From assembly GCF_009914755.1 (NCBI RefSeq), contig NC_060926.1: a stretch of DNA of 64,000 bases; one strand, 5' to 3'. Positions 30,586 to 49,457 of this stretch are shown one piece after another (position 1 is the first letter of the stretch; every line of letters starts with the position of its first letter). This DNA comes from the human T2T-CHM13v2.0 reference genome, Homo sapiens. Under the pieces are notes generated by a model. The model did no database searches. It was not told the origin of the DNA and saw only the letters and a program-made list of their open reading frames with translations. Both the position numbers and the translations under genes were made by a program.

Positions 30586-32489
30586 TGAACTCCTGACCTC
30601 AGGTGATCCACTTGCCTTGGCCTCCCAAAGTGCCAGGATTACACATGTGAGCCACCGCGCCCAGCCTGAATCTGTATTTGGAGCCCATTGCCATGTATTC
30701 CACATAAGGCCACATTGTTTACTGCTGGCTCCCCTTCTTTGGGGTACGTGGGGTGCCACAGCCTTTTGAAAAAAACTCTCTTGCTAGCATACCTAATCCT
30801 ACTTCATTTTAAAATGCTCTTAGTTTTCTTTTTTTTAATCTCCCACAAAAGTTAACTTGTATTTTGACTATGAATGAATTTGGCAGGAGTGGCTTCTCAT
30901 GATTTTTGTTTTTATCTGCCTTGCAACCTATTACATGTTTGCAAAATTTCTTTTTATGCAACCTATTACACAGTTGTAGTCTCTTTGTATCAGAGTTCAA
31001 TTTTTTCTTTCTTCTTTTATTTCAATTATTACCATGTTATTGGCTTTTCCACTTTTAACCATCTCCTTAAATTGTTCTTTCCACCTGGCAGCCGGACACG
31101 GTGGCTCATGCCTGTAATCCCAGCATTTTGGGAGGCTGAGGCGGGAGGATTGCTTGAGCCCAGGAGAGCCTGGCAACATAGTGAGACCCTGTCTCTATCA
31201 AACAAACAAACAAACCAAAAAAACAACAAAAAAAAACTTTCCAACTGGCTGCAGGCTAACCTTCTTTGATAGATAAATGCTTTCACAATAATTATAAGTG
31301 TTTAGTTGATTTTTAATACTATCTCTGAAACTGTCAGTGTTCTTATAGTGACTGCAAGATAAGTTCATTTGTCATCCTAATTCTGTAGCATAGAAAAACT
31401 AAGGTTTTTGTTTATTTGTTTTTAGTGGGAAACAAAAAAAAAATACTTCATTGCTAGGATCTCATTTGGAGTGAGTTACAAATGAAGATTGGAACTCACA
31501 TCTCCTGGGTTTGCTGCTGTATTTCCTTCAGTGAGTCTTATCTCAGAGTCACTGTGCGGATTAAGACCTTTCCATAGTTGTGCACACAACAATGTTCACG
31601 TATTGTTCATATATGCATTGGGGAATCATATTGGATCTAAGCTAATTTGGACCTTATTTAAATTTCAGACATGGATAGTGTCCTATTTCCTAATCCATAG
31701 GTTGTCTGTATCTATCTCTAAGTGCATATACTTAAAAGCCCTATGTCCACAAATATTTCCAAGTATATTTTCCATTTTTGTAGGGTAAACAACTGTTAAA
31801 AAGCAAGAACTGCAGAAACTGAGGCCGGGCACTGTGCCTCATGCCTGTAATCCCAGCACTTTGGGAGGCTGAGGCGGGTGGATGACTTGAGGTCAGGAGT
31901 TCAAGATCAGCCTGGCCAACATTGGTGAAACCCCGTCTCAAACTAAAAAATGCAAAAATTAGCCAGGCATGGTGGCGGGCACCTGTAATTCCAGCTACTT
32001 GGCAGACTGAGGCACGAGAATCACTTGTACCTGGGAAGTGGAGGTTGCAAATGCCAAGATTGAGCAAATGCACTCCAGCCTGGGTGACAGAGCGAGACTC
32101 TGTCCCAAAAACAACAACAACAAAAGAACTGCAAAGCTGGCATGCACTGGTGGGTTTCCTGAAGCCAGGGTGATTTTCTAGCTAAGGTAAAGCCTTATTT
32201 GGTCAGATTCCTCCACCCATACACACCCACTTGCACACCCAGAGGATGGAATTCTCCCACAGCCAAAGCACTCAGAGCTGTGGGGCTCCCTGAGGTAGGG
32301 GACAAGGTGACCTGATGAAAGCAAGTAACTCCCTCAAACCTGATAAGTTTCCCACAACTGACTGCCTGGAGAAGAACAAGATATTGGGTGGGTGGAAAGA
32401 AATCACTTTATCAAGTCCTCGTCCATGTTGTACTGACCATACTGCCAGAATTAACCCAGATGCCAGTAATTTGGAAGGAAATTATCTAC

Positions 32490-32810
32490 AATAGTGGTAC
32501 CCAACCTTCCTGGCACCAGGAACCCGTTTCATGGAAGACAATTTTTCCATGAAAAAATGGGGGAGGAGTTAGGGGGAATGGTTTTGGGATGAAACTGTTC
32601 CATCTCAGATCATCAGGCATTAGATTCTCACAAGGAGCTCGTAACCTAGATCCCTTGCATGCACAGTTCACAGTAGGATTTGCACTTCCAGGAGAATCTA
32701 ATGCCGCCACTGATCTGACGGGAGACGGAGCTCAGGTGGTAATGCTTGCTTGCCCGCCACTCACCTCCTGCTGTAATGGCCCGTTCTTAACAGGCCATAG
32801 GACCCCTGAT
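32490..32810. mobile_element. MER1B-like DNA element
   Basis: agtggtacccaaccttcctggcaccagg...gaagacaatttttcca...ggacccctg. Confidence 0.8.
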
Positions 32811-33826
32811 CTAGAATCCCCACTCTCCACCTACTTCCTGCCCACTCCTTTCTACTAATCATTCCAGCCATCTCAGAGAGGGTGTCTAGCCAGGCAGCCA
32901 TCTGAGAAATGGGCTAGCCTGATTTTCACAATAGGCTAGAACTTTACTGCAGTCAAAACACTTCTTTCAAACAGAAGAGCAATAAATTGGTAATTATATG
33001 TTTGCCAGACTCCATCTCTACAAAAATACAAAATAAGGCTGGGTGCGGTGGCTTACACCTGTAATCCCAGCACTTTGGGAGGCCGAGACGGGTGGATCAC
33101 CTGAAGTTAGGAGTTCGAGACCAGCCTGGCCAACATGGCAAAACTCGGTCTGTACTAAAAATATAAAAATTAGCCAGTTCAAGACCCGCCTGGGCAACAT
33201 AGAGACCCCATCTCTTTAAATATTAAAAAAAAGAAAAACGAATCTTACAGAGCATGATCTTCAGCTCCTTCCCCCCCAGTTTTTAGACTATCTATGGACC
33301 CCACTCCAAGCTATCTTATTAGCATAAACACGTTATCAAAGAGGGTCATTATGAATAAAAAGACACCTATTACTCAGGAATTCCCAAAAGTTTTAGCTTA
33401 AAGACCAAATACATTTTATGTTATATCAGTTACAGTTTCCAAAAAGCCCACCTCCCAGGCTTTCAACACTGCTAGAGTCAAGCCCTTCCCTAGACAGAGC
33501 AAACTCAAAGTCTGATTACTAAAAACAAAAATATTTGCTTTTAGCTGACATATCAGAGCAGACAAACTAATTATGCCTTTTAATCTGCTTATTACTAAAA
33601 TAGAAGAGAATATAACTTTCAGTAAAACATTCAAATAAAGCAAAGGGCTGCAGTCAGCTTAAGTCAGGGCAAGATGGTCCTGAAGGAAGGCAGGGGAAAG
33701 GATTCCAGGGTCTTGCTTAACCACCGTCGTTCTGCTGCAGTCAGAATTAGTGGGTGGTGGCCAGGCGCGGTGGCTCCCGCCTTTAATCCCAGCATTTTGG
33801 GAGGCTGAGACAGGCAGATCACCTCA

Positions 33827-34120
<294 letters not shown>

Positions 34121-34149
34121 CTAGGGAGTTATTGTATTCTGGCTGTAAC

Positions 34150-36760
<2,611 letters not shown>

Positions 36761-37944
36761 AATGCATCCTATTCTCCCTCCTCCAAAGCATTTTACTGTG
36801 TACAACTCTCTGTAGCTCTGGACTTTTCTAGGGGTGCAATGACTATTTTAAATTTAAAGTCCACATCAGGGCAAGGCCTCCGTATAATAGGAAAACTGAA
36901 CAGGATCTTTGAAACTGAGTCTGTCCCAGAACATTTCTGATGAAAACAGTGCCCGTAACGCAAAGCTAGGACAGGGCAATAAACCTTGTAAGTCTGGCCA
37001 CATATAACATTTTTCAGTTAATACAGATAGAATCTGAATCTCAGAAGCTGAGGCAGGAGGATCCCTTGAGTTACCTGTTTTTTTCTGTGCCCCCAGTTTC
37101 TTTCTTTCTAGAACCAAGCTGGCTTCCTGCCTTCAGGTCCAACTTCTGCTCCTTCCTGCTGCCCGCCACTATGAAAATCCCTTTCCATACCCTGGAGTCT
37201 CTTGTCCTCCTCCTTCAGACAGAGCTGCCAAGAGCAATAGCTTTATACGCAGAAGCCCATCCACTTCTGGTGGCTTTATGTACTGGGGCCCACCCTCTTC
37301 TGCAGCCGATGACATTTGAAATCCCATCCAAAAAAAAAAAAAAAAAAAAGCAGACACCCAGATCCAGATCTTTCTGAAATACAAGTGATTAGAGAGATAA
37401 ATACATGAATAACACCTTTCCCTGACTATTCTTTTTTTTTTTTTTTTTTTTTTTTTGAGACAGAGTCTCCCTCTGTCACCCAGGCTGGAGTCTGGAGTGT
37501 AGTGGCACAATCTCCCCACTCACCGCAACCACTGCCTCCTGGGTTCAAGCGATTCTCCCACCTCAGTCTCCTGAGTAGCTGAGACCACAGGCACCCGCCA
37601 CCAGGCCTGGCTAATTTTTGTATTTTTAGTAGAGACAGGGTTTTGCCTTGTTGGTCAGGCTGGTTTTGAACTCCTGACCTCAAGTGCTCCACCCGCCTCA
37701 GCCACTCAAAGTGCTGGGATTACAGGTGTGAGCCGCCGTGCCTGGCCTTGCCCTGACTATTCTTACTAAAGTCACCTAATTTAGCTTCTATAGAATTTTG
37801 TGCTAAGTGACCTAGACTCTCAAAAAACTACAAAGTAGCCTTATCACCCATCTATAATCCTTTATGTCAAACCCCACACCCCCCCCAAAAAAAAATCTTT
37901 GCTGAAATAAAGCATGCCACACAACTTCCAAAGACGTAAACTAG

Positions 37945-38157
<213 letters not shown>

Positions 38158-38579
38158 TGATCTTTAAGATGCTTCAGATTTTATTTTATCATATATGGTA
38201 CCATTCCTTTTAATTTGCATGAGGTGTTTGCTGGTAAATTAATCATTTCCTTCCAAATTCTGTTTATTCTGTTATGTCTATGTTCAGATCAATCTAGTCT
38301 TAGGGAGAGCAGGAGGAATATGCCTAAGAAAACCATAAAACTAAGAAAAACATAAAACGGCTTAGAAAGTCAACTGAGCCCAGCCTGGGCAAAATAGCGA
38401 GACCTCACCTCTATAAAAAATACAAAAATTAGCTAGGCATGGTGGTGTGTGCCTATAGTGCCAGGTAGTTGGGAGACTGAAGTGGGAAGATTGCTTGAAC
38501 AGGGAAAGTCAAGGCTGCGGTGAGCCGAGATCCCAGCCACTGCACTCCAGCCTGGGCAACAAGAGCGAGACTCCGTCTC

Positions 38580-38611
<32 letters not shown>

Positions 38612-39000
38612 AAAACCCCAAACAAAACAAAACAAAAAAGGAAAGTCAGCTGACATCTAATCCTTGAGATGCAGTGAAAGTTTCTGATTAAATGCACTGA
38701 GAGAAGGTGGTGTTGTAGGGAAAAAACTGGATTAAAGAAAAATTAGAGGTCATTTGAGCTATTTTACAACTCTGTAAATTTTAACAACTGATGGCAATGT
38801 TAAGTAATTATTGTCTATAGACATGCAAATAAGGTTTATCCCATGAAGGACAACAGTCTTCCTTTCCCCCATGGAAAACCAGTTTCAATATTCCTGATCT
38901 ATATTTCATTATTCAATATTCCTGATCTACGAATGTACCCATTCTTTGGGTTCTTCTTTGATCTGGCTACTACAGACTCATCAGTTTCGTCACTAATAAG

Positions 39001-39410
39001 TGCCGGGACTCAGAAGCCGATACCCCAAAATATGGGGCTTTGACATGCTGGAGACCTCAAGGTCTCTCTGACCTTCCCGGCTCCCAGCTCAAAAAAACCT
39101 TTGTCTGCCTAAGATCCAGACCCACCAAAAGGAACAACTGTTTCTTTTCCCTTCCCTGTAAGACCAAGAATATACCCCACACCTGAACAGACCCATTCAC
39201 AAGATAATGTAGCTTATTCTCTCCCCTGACCCATTCATGCTCCCTAGCAGAAGCCCATCCACTTCTGCTGGATGCTCTTCGGCTCCCTCCCGTAACCTCA
39301 TTTGCCAGGGTAGTCTATAAGCTTCTGAGACATGTTGCAGGGTGGGTAATCAATCACTCTGATTCTCCCTGTGTGCATGTTAAATAAATGTGTATGCATT
39401 TACCATTACA
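39001..39410 (+). mobile_element. ERV1 MER4-group solo LTR (LTR23/MER31-like)
   Basis: Begins tgccgggactcagaagccgataccccaaaatatgg; has tataagcttctg and aataaa; alignable with the LTR beginning at 44509. Confidence 0.7.
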
Positions 39411-39497
39411 CAACCTTAAAAGAGTGTTGTTGGTCTATTAGCAATAATGACTGAAGGAAATTGGTATTTTTGTCCATTTCAGCTACTACTAGGATAA

Positions 39498-40025
<528 letters not shown>

Positions 40026-40382
40026 TGATTTGGTAAACAGCTGTCACACTATTTATTATTTGATGACTTAGGTATCCTTTCCAGCAGTGTTTTTGTAAGG
40101 TGTAGTTGCGTTTTCTTTTAGTTTCAATTAACTAAATTTCAAGTGGTTCCCAAAAAAGCCCCTGCTTTCTTAAATTCAAACTCACCTTCCTTTTTCCCAC
40201 TAGGAAGGACCTTTTCTCCATCCTTGGATTGGAATTTGGAATTCTATGCTAAAATGCCTTTTCAGTTAAAATCTGTGAACGTGGGATGTAACCATAGGAG
40301 GTGCTGGCACTTTACGGGAATCATGATTTTATTTAATCTGCGCTTCCAGAAGGCTGCAAATGGGAATTCCAGACAAACCCAC

Positions 40383-40470
40383 TTGGGTGAATCCCAGCAC
40401 GCGGGCTGCGGCGTAGGGGGAGAGCTCCTCACGCGGCTCAGAGTGTAGCCCAGGCCCGCAGAGCCAGGAA
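40383..40470 (-). other. SLC19A3: SLC19A3 non-coding exon 1 (5' end approximate)
   Basis: Donor CAA|GTGGGT (GT at 40381-40382) at the edge of the only CpG-rich island upstream of exon 2; exon 2 carries only 2 nt of 5'UTR, so an upstream exon is required. Confidence 0.8.
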
Positions 40471-40800
40471 CCCGCCCCCAGCTCTCCAAACCCGGGAAGA
40501 GAGAGGCGACACTGCTAAGACCGAGGGATGACGGTGCTTCTTCAATTAATTCGCCCCCCGAGATATTCTTACCTACAGAAGGGAGTGTCTGTTCACCAAA
40601 TCGCTCACTTGCCGCACGACCACGCACCCGCGGCTGTCGGATGGATCCAGGCGCTCTTGGTGGGAAGGGGGCGGAGCCTGCCTGGCCCGGAGCCCGGGGC
40701 CACGCCCCCACGCTTTGCATATGCGAATCCGGGCGTCCAGACCTTTCATCCCAGTGTGGAAGCCCAGATTTTCCTGGCCCAGGGCCGGTTTTCTGGGCAG
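40400..40800 (-). promoter_or_regulatory. SLC19A3: SLC19A3 CpG-rich promoter without an obvious TATA box
   Basis: High CpG density; GC boxes CCCGCCCCC (40471-40479) and GGGGCGGAGC (40668-40677); KLF/SP-type GGCCACGCCCCC (40698-40709); octamer-like TTTGCATATGCGAA (40714-40727). Confidence 0.85.
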
Positions 40801-41148
40801 AAACAGTCAACTCTGCTGAAAGGAACAACTTAAGTAATACACTGACATTCAGCATAATGAAGCAAGAGGGCCTGAATCCAACAGCGATCGTTTGCTTTAT
40901 TTACAAATATGTCCTTTCTTATGAATCCATTTATTTCTCTCCAAAAGCTTAGGAGAGAGGGCTGGCTGGCTGTCACCCCCACTCTACACATGAAGAAAGT
41001 GAGGCGGAAGGAAGTAGGCCTAGTAAATAGAGAAGCCTGGGTTTTAGTTGGGGCTCCTGGCTCCAGAGCCAGTGGTTATAATCACTCTGCACTTTTTTTT
41101 TTTAAAGGAGGTAGAGTGGGATGGTTTCCTGGCACTTTGAAAATCTGA

Positions 41149-41941
<793 letters not shown>

Positions 41942-42006
41942 TGATCCTCCTGCCTCAGCCTCCCAAGTAGCTGGGCTTGCAGGTGGGTGCCACCACGTCA
42001 CATTAA

Positions 42007-42141
<135 letters not shown>

Positions 42142-43600
42142 TAGCCTGCAAAGAGTTTATATATTAAAGTGAAACTTCTTATTAAACAGAGAATTTTTTT
42201 AAAGCATTACAAGGTTCTTATTGGTTAAAATGGAAAAAATATTTTTATTTCTGTTCATCTCTTGGTGGACTTGAAAAACCCTCCCTAAAGATAAACACTG
42301 CGTGGCTTCTAAGGGCTACCAGTGGAAGTGAAATGGATTAAAACACCCCGAGGTGTCTTGGTTCTCTGTCCTACGACTCTGCGTTTTCTATTTTCATCTT
42401 CCTATGATTTGTGAAAAGTCCTGAGCTGAACCTTAGGTGTAGGAGTGCCCTGCTCATTGTGCAACCTTGCAAATTGCTGGGTCCTCCCAAAGAATATTGT
42501 GAAATTTTCTTAAAGGCTGAAGGTGTCATGATTTCCTTCACACCTCTTGAAGAAAATGAGTTCAAATTGGACCTTGAGAAGTTTACTCTGATTCTCTAAT
42601 ATCTCATAGCCACAGTCTAAATCAGAGAGAGATATTGAGGAATTCATTCATTCATGCATAGAAACATAAATGACACATTTGCAGATTACATGACATGACA
42701 TTTGAGTTTGATCCCATACGACTGTGTGGGGAGAAGGCTGTGGATGGGGTCATAGATGACAAAAGATTGGCTGTGTGTTGATTATTGTTGACTTGGGCAG
42801 TAGTTCTTAGAAACTGATTGCACTATTTTCCATTTTTGTATATGTTTATTTTCCATAATACAAAATTGTTTTAAAATCATTTATTCTGACTGGGCACAGT
42901 GGCTAATGCCTGTAATATAGCACTTTGGGGAGCCGAGGTGGGTGCATCGCTTGAGCCCAGGAGTTCAAGACCAGCCTGGGCAACACAGTGAGACCCTGTC
43001 TCTACAAAAATACAAAAATTACCCAGACGTGGTAGCATGCGTCTGTAGTCCCAGCTACTTGGGAGGCTGAAGTGGGAGATTGGCTTGAGCCTAAAGAGGT
43101 GGAGGTTGCAATGAGCTGAGATCACACCATTGCACTCCAGCCTGAGTGACAGAGCCAGACCCTGTCTCAAATAAACCCAAACACAAAAAAGAAAAAAAAA
43201 TCATTTGTTCATTAAGAAGTTATTTATTGAGTAACTATGTGCCAGACACTGTCCTAGGTGCTTGGGATACATTCGTGAACAAAGCTAAAAATCTCTGCCT
43301 TGTAATTTACATTCTAGCTTGGGATGGGGTATATAGAGGGAACATAAATAGTAAACATGATGAGTTAGTGAATTTTATAGTGTGTTAGAAAGTGGTAAGT
43401 GCCGTGGATCCCACTGAGAAGAGGATGGAGAAGATGACTAAGCCTGAGGCTTGGAGCTCCAACTTGGGAAAGAACCTACAGGGAGGCTGAATGAGAACAG
43501 TAGGAGAGGGAGCCATAGTGTATTAGGGAGTTGCTCAACACTGTGTACCTCCCTATTATACTTCCTCTTGCACTGTTACTAAAAAATGTGGCTGCAATTA

Positions 43601-43972
<372 letters not shown>

Positions 43973-44508
43973 TTAGGATTACTGCAAGTAGGCTAATTTA
44001 TCTGTTTCACTCTTAAATGTTAACTCTTTGAAGGCAAATATTTGTTTAGTTTTTTTTTTTTTTTTTTTTGAGATGGAGTCTCACTGTGTTGCCCAGGCTG
44101 TAGTGTAATGGGTCGATCTTGGCTCACTGCAAACTCTGCCTCCTGGGTTCAGGGGATTCTCCTGCCTCAGCCTCCCGAGTAGCTGGGATTACACGCACCT
44201 GCCACTACGGCCAGCTAATTTTTGTATTTTTAGTAGAGACAGGGTTTCACCATGTTAGTCAGGCTAGTCTCAAACTCCTGACCTCAGGTGATCTGCCCGC
44301 CTCGATCTCCCAAAGTGCTGGGATTATAGGTGTGAGCCACCGCACCTGGCCTTATCTTTAGATTTCTATCTTGGCTGGATAACTGGCCTAATAGAGCAGC
44401 CACATATTTGCTGAGTGAATGAGTAAAAAACACATAGAGAGTTGGAGAGAAGCTGTGACCTGCCGTACTGGGACCATCCAACACTCCCAATCATAAATCA
44501 GTTGCAGA

Positions 44509-46262
44509 TGTTGGAGCTCATAAACCGATAACACAAAATACAGTGCCTTGAGATACCGAACTGCAGAAGCCTAAGGGTCTGTCTGATCTCCCCGACAAGG
44601 TCTCTTCTGAAGAAGCTGAAGTCTTCTGTCTGCCTAAGATCTAGACCCACCAAGGGGAACTATGGTTTTTCCTTCCCCTCCTTGTAAGAGTAAGAATGTA
44701 ACCACACTTGAATAGACCCTCTCACAGTCAAAGAGAACTACTTACAAATTAATCTCAGTACCTGATCCTTTATTGTCCTTCAGCAGAATTCCTCTTCTTC
44801 CTCCTCCCATAATGTGTTTAGCCAGGCTGGTAGATTGAAGGGGGCCAGCCTCTCCACACCTGTGGGTATTTCTCGTTCATCTCTTGGTGGGACGAGAGAC
44901 TGAGAAAAGAAATACGACACAGAGACAAAGTATAGAGAAAGAACACTGGGCCCAGGGGACCGGCGCTCAGCATACGGAGGACCCGCGCCGGCTCTGGTCT
45001 CTGAGTTCCCTCAGCATTTATTGATCACTCTCTCTACCTTCTCGGCGAGGGGGATGTGGCAGGACTATGGGGTAATGGTGGGGAGAGGGTCAGCAGGAAA
45101 ATATGAGCCAAGGACTCTGTGTCATAAATAAGTTTAAGGAAAAGTGCTGTGCCTCGATGTGCACGTAGGCCAGAATTATGTTTGACTTTACACAAACATC
45201 TCAGTGCAGTAAAGAGCAGTATTGCCAACAGCATGTCTCATCTCCAGCCATAAGGTGTTTTCTCTTATGTCAGTAAATAGAATGTACAATCGGGTTTTAC
45301 ACCGAGACATTCCATTCCCAGGGATGAGCAGGAGACAGATGCCTTCCTCATATCTCAACTGCACAGAGGCCTTCCTCTTTCACTAATTCTCCTTAGCACA
45401 GACCCTTTATGGATGTCGGGCTGGGGGATGGTCAGGTCTTTCCCTTCCCACGAGGCCATATCTCAGGCTGTCTCAGTGGGGAAAACCTTGGACCATACCC
45501 AGGCTTTCTTGGGCAGAGGTCCCTGCGGCCTTCCGCAGTGCATGGTGTCCCTGGGTACTCGAGACTGGAGAATGGCGATGACTTTTACCAAGCATACTGC
45601 CTGCAAACACATTTTTACCAAAGCACGTCCTGCACAGCCCTAAATCCATTAAACCTTGAGTCAATACAGCACATGTTTCTGCGAGCACAGAGTTGGGGTT
45701 AGGGTTACAGATTAACAGCACTCAAGGCAGAATAATTTTTCTTAGTACAGAACAAAATGCAGTTTCTTATGTCTTCCTTTTTCTATATAGGCACGGTAAC
45801 AATCTGATCTATCTTTCTTTCCCCCACAGTGTATAAGCTTCTGAACCCTGTTGGGAGGTGGGTACACTCAGTGATTCTCCCTGTGCAAACATTAATATAT
45901 TTCTATGACTTTACCTTTTTTTTCTTTTTTAATCTTCCAGGGTGGATTGCAGTGATGCCATCTCAGCTCACTGCAACCTCCGTCTCCCAGTTCAAGCAAT
46001 TCTTGTGTGCCTCAGTCTCCCGAGTAGCTGGGATTACAGACATGTGCCACCACACCCAGCTAATTTTTGTATTTTTAGTAGAGATGGGGTTTCACAGTGT
46101 TGGCCAGGATGGTTTCAAACTCCTGGCCTCAAGTCATCCACCAGCCTCAGCCGCCTCCTAAAATTCTGGGTGTATGCCTTTTCTGTAATGAATGTACCTT
46201 TTTTGTGAGTTGATTTTCAGTGAACCTTTGGAGGCTGAAGGGGAAACTGCATTGACCCCAAC
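44509..46262 (+). mobile_element. ERV1 MER4-group LTR split by an LTR5 and an Alu
   Basis: Begins tgttggagctcataaaccgataacacaaaata, resumes after 45828 (gtgtataagcttctgaaccc) and after the Alu at about 45915-46160. Confidence 0.7.
44836..45828 (-). mobile_element. HERV-K(HML-2) solo LTR, LTR5A/LTR5B type (about 990 bp)
   Basis: Minus strand begins TGTGGGGGAAAGAAAG and ends CCCCTTCA; contains gacacagagacaaagtatagagaaag and ctctgagttccctcag; degenerate 6-bp TSD gtagat/gtgtat. Confidence 0.88.
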
Positions 46263-46803
46263 ACGGACCCACATCCTGGGAAGATGTGTAGACGAGCACA
46301 GGAATTTCTGTCAGTGACACTGATGACCAAAGGTTGGAATTTACTCCTAATTTTTTATCTTTATTGTAAAATCTGCTACAGCATAGTATGGGACCTGGCA
46401 TCCACTAACTGAAACCCATCCCAAATCTTTACATATCACCCGTTGTCTTTTGCTTTGTTGGCCTCACCAATGCAAGGTGTACATCTTACAGAACACAGAG
46501 ATGCCTGAGAATATGGAGAGATTATTATTTTTATTAAGGAAGAGTAGCCTTTTTTTTTTTAACAGGGACACAGAAACAGGAAAGAAGTTAGTGAATGTGC
46601 AATATGAAACAACAATAAATCCATCATAAGAATTTTTTTCAAAAAAATGAAATATTAGTTCTCACGATTTTATTTTGTTAAGCTCAGAATACAAATATAT
46701 TTTTGACATGGGTGGCTGTGCTTCCACCCCTTATGTTGATAACATATGCTAATCTTTTATCTTTTTTTCCAAAAGAAAACAAGATTACGAAAATGATGGA
46801 GAA

Positions 46804-46839
46804 TAATAGCATAATAGCACAATAGCATAATAGCATAAT
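46804..46839. repeat. Short 8-mer tandem repeat in the SCYGR 3'UTR
   Basis: About four copies of aatagca(t/c). Confidence 0.8.
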
Positions 46840-47070
46840 GCTAAGTCTTGGAAGATACAGGGAGAAGGAATTGAAGTAGACATACCACCACAAAGGAGGA
46901 AAAACAATCCTGACACTTCAGACTACAAGGGACAGCATGAGCAGTTCCAACGCATCCAGGCAGATGAGGCAGGACAGAAGCAGAAAGGAAGGGTGAAGGA
47001 AAGTTTCACCAAATTCTGTGAGCAAAGCCTCAGCGTTTCTTAGGCTAGAGGCAGAGCCAGGCTGGCCCGC

Positions 47071-47370
47071 CTAGCAGCAGCATTGCTTCTTGCAGCAGCC
47101 CTTCTGCTGACAACAGCCCTTCCCACAGCCACAGCCGCAGCCACATGAGTGGCAGGTGCGGCGGCAGCAACAGATCACGGGCGTGCTGCAGCAGCCTCCA
47201 CAGCAGCCGCGGCAGCAGGGGCAGCAGCTGGAGCAGCAGCCCACCCGGTAGCACCTGCAGGTGGTGCAGCTGCCACAGCCACCACCGCAGCCACCACCAC
47301 AGCCACCACTGCAGCCACCACCGCAGCCACCGCAGCCACCACCGCAGCCACCACACCCACAGCAACCCAT
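47071..47370 (-). CDS. SCYGR6: Small cysteine- and glycine-repeat protein (SCYGR/KRTAP28 family), 99 aa, intronless
   Basis: [13 protein letters not shown]...[14 protein letters not shown]; strong Kozak ACACCATGG; TATTTAA at 47457-47463; AATAAA at 46669-46674. Family call is firm; the member number is inferred from recalled gene order next to SLC19A3. Confidence 0.88.
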   Translation of the reverse strand: MGCCGCGGCGGGCGGCGGGCSGGCGGGCGGGCGSCTTCRCYRVGCCSSCCPCCRGCCGGCCSTPVICCCRRTCHSCGCGCGCGKGCCQQKGCCKKQCCC

Positions 47371-47600
47371 GGTGTCAGTAGAGAGGACTCAGGTGAAGTG
47401 ACGAGGAAGGACTCAGCAGAGGTGAGGAGGTCTGATGTTCTTTGCTTCAGGGGCTCTTAAATACCCCTTCCAGGCCTAACATGTGGCAGGTGGCCACTTC
47501 CTTGTTTCCTCCAGCTTCCCTGGAGGAATTTCACAAGACCCTGAGTGTATTTCCTCATTGAACACCTCTGACTTCATAAAATTGCTTATTTTCACATTTA
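47371..47600 (-). promoter_or_regulatory. Promoter and 5'UTR of the minus-strand SCYGR gene
   Basis: TATA (TATTTAA), ETS-type AGGAAGTGG (47494-47502), TTTATGAA and GAAAATAAGCAA motifs; 5'UTR alignable to that of the plus-strand paralog. Confidence 0.7.
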
Positions 47601-48162
47601 CTTCTTCCTCAAGTTATGCTTCTAATTGTTTCCTAAATATTTAGTCTTGTTTTAACCTAGCAGTTTTCAAGTGTGATCTATGAGTCTCATTTGATGAAAG
47701 CCCATCTCCTATCTTCCATTAATCAGGATCCCTTGGCGCCGAGAGGATCTTTCCCTTGGTTTCCCCCTCCTCTAAAGGAAGGCTTTTCTGTTTTCAGGTG
47801 GTGTCTGCAGAATGCAAGAGAAGGTGAGATCCCTCATGAAGGAAACACTCAAAGCTTCACATGTCATAAGGTCCCTTGGCTAATATCTCAGAAGCCTTTC
47901 TCACCTGTTTTCAGACTTACTTTGGCTGTTAATTCACAAGTCAAAATATGGGAAAGATACCCATCTTGGGTTGATGGTCACGGTGTATTTCAAAGTGAGC
48001 TTCCCACACTGGCTCATGTTCCCCTCTTGTCCTATACTCATGGATTAGTGGATGAGGTAGCTAAGAGCCTCTGCCACCAGCTGGTTTCATGTCCCTAAAA
48101 AAGCCATGATCCCTATGTGACCCAGTTTCCTTAGCTTAGGGTAAATAATGCATAAACTTTTA

Positions 48163-48650
<488 letters not shown>

Positions 48651-48736
48651 TCATAATCACCCAAAGTCCATAGTTTTCATCAAGGCTCACTCTTGTCTTC
48701 TTTCACCACCCTGGGTACTTAGCCCCTTCAGAATCA

Positions 48737-48892
<156 letters not shown>

Positions 48893-49159
48893 TCATGTCT
48901 GCCGTCCCAGCTATGCGGAAGGCTGAGGCACGAGAATGGCTTGAATCCGGGAGGCAGAGGTTCGACAGCCTGGGCAACAGAATGAGACTTGGTCTCAAAG
49001 AAGAAAAAAAGAATCATATGTCCTAGGAATTGTCTCCAAAAAATTAAAAGAAAAGAAGAACTTCATGTAAAGTCCTTTTGCAGCCTTCAAAGGCTATTCC
49101 TAAACTGGCATCCTTTTCCACAGTGCTATGATGTGGGGATTTCTACAGAAATCCCTTAG

Positions 49160-49457
<298 letters not shown>

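Noticed and set aside
40262-40952. 197-aa and about 100-aa ORFs across the promoter
   Set aside because: CpG-island ORFs with low-complexity Pro/Gly/Arg/Ala content and no recognisable domain.
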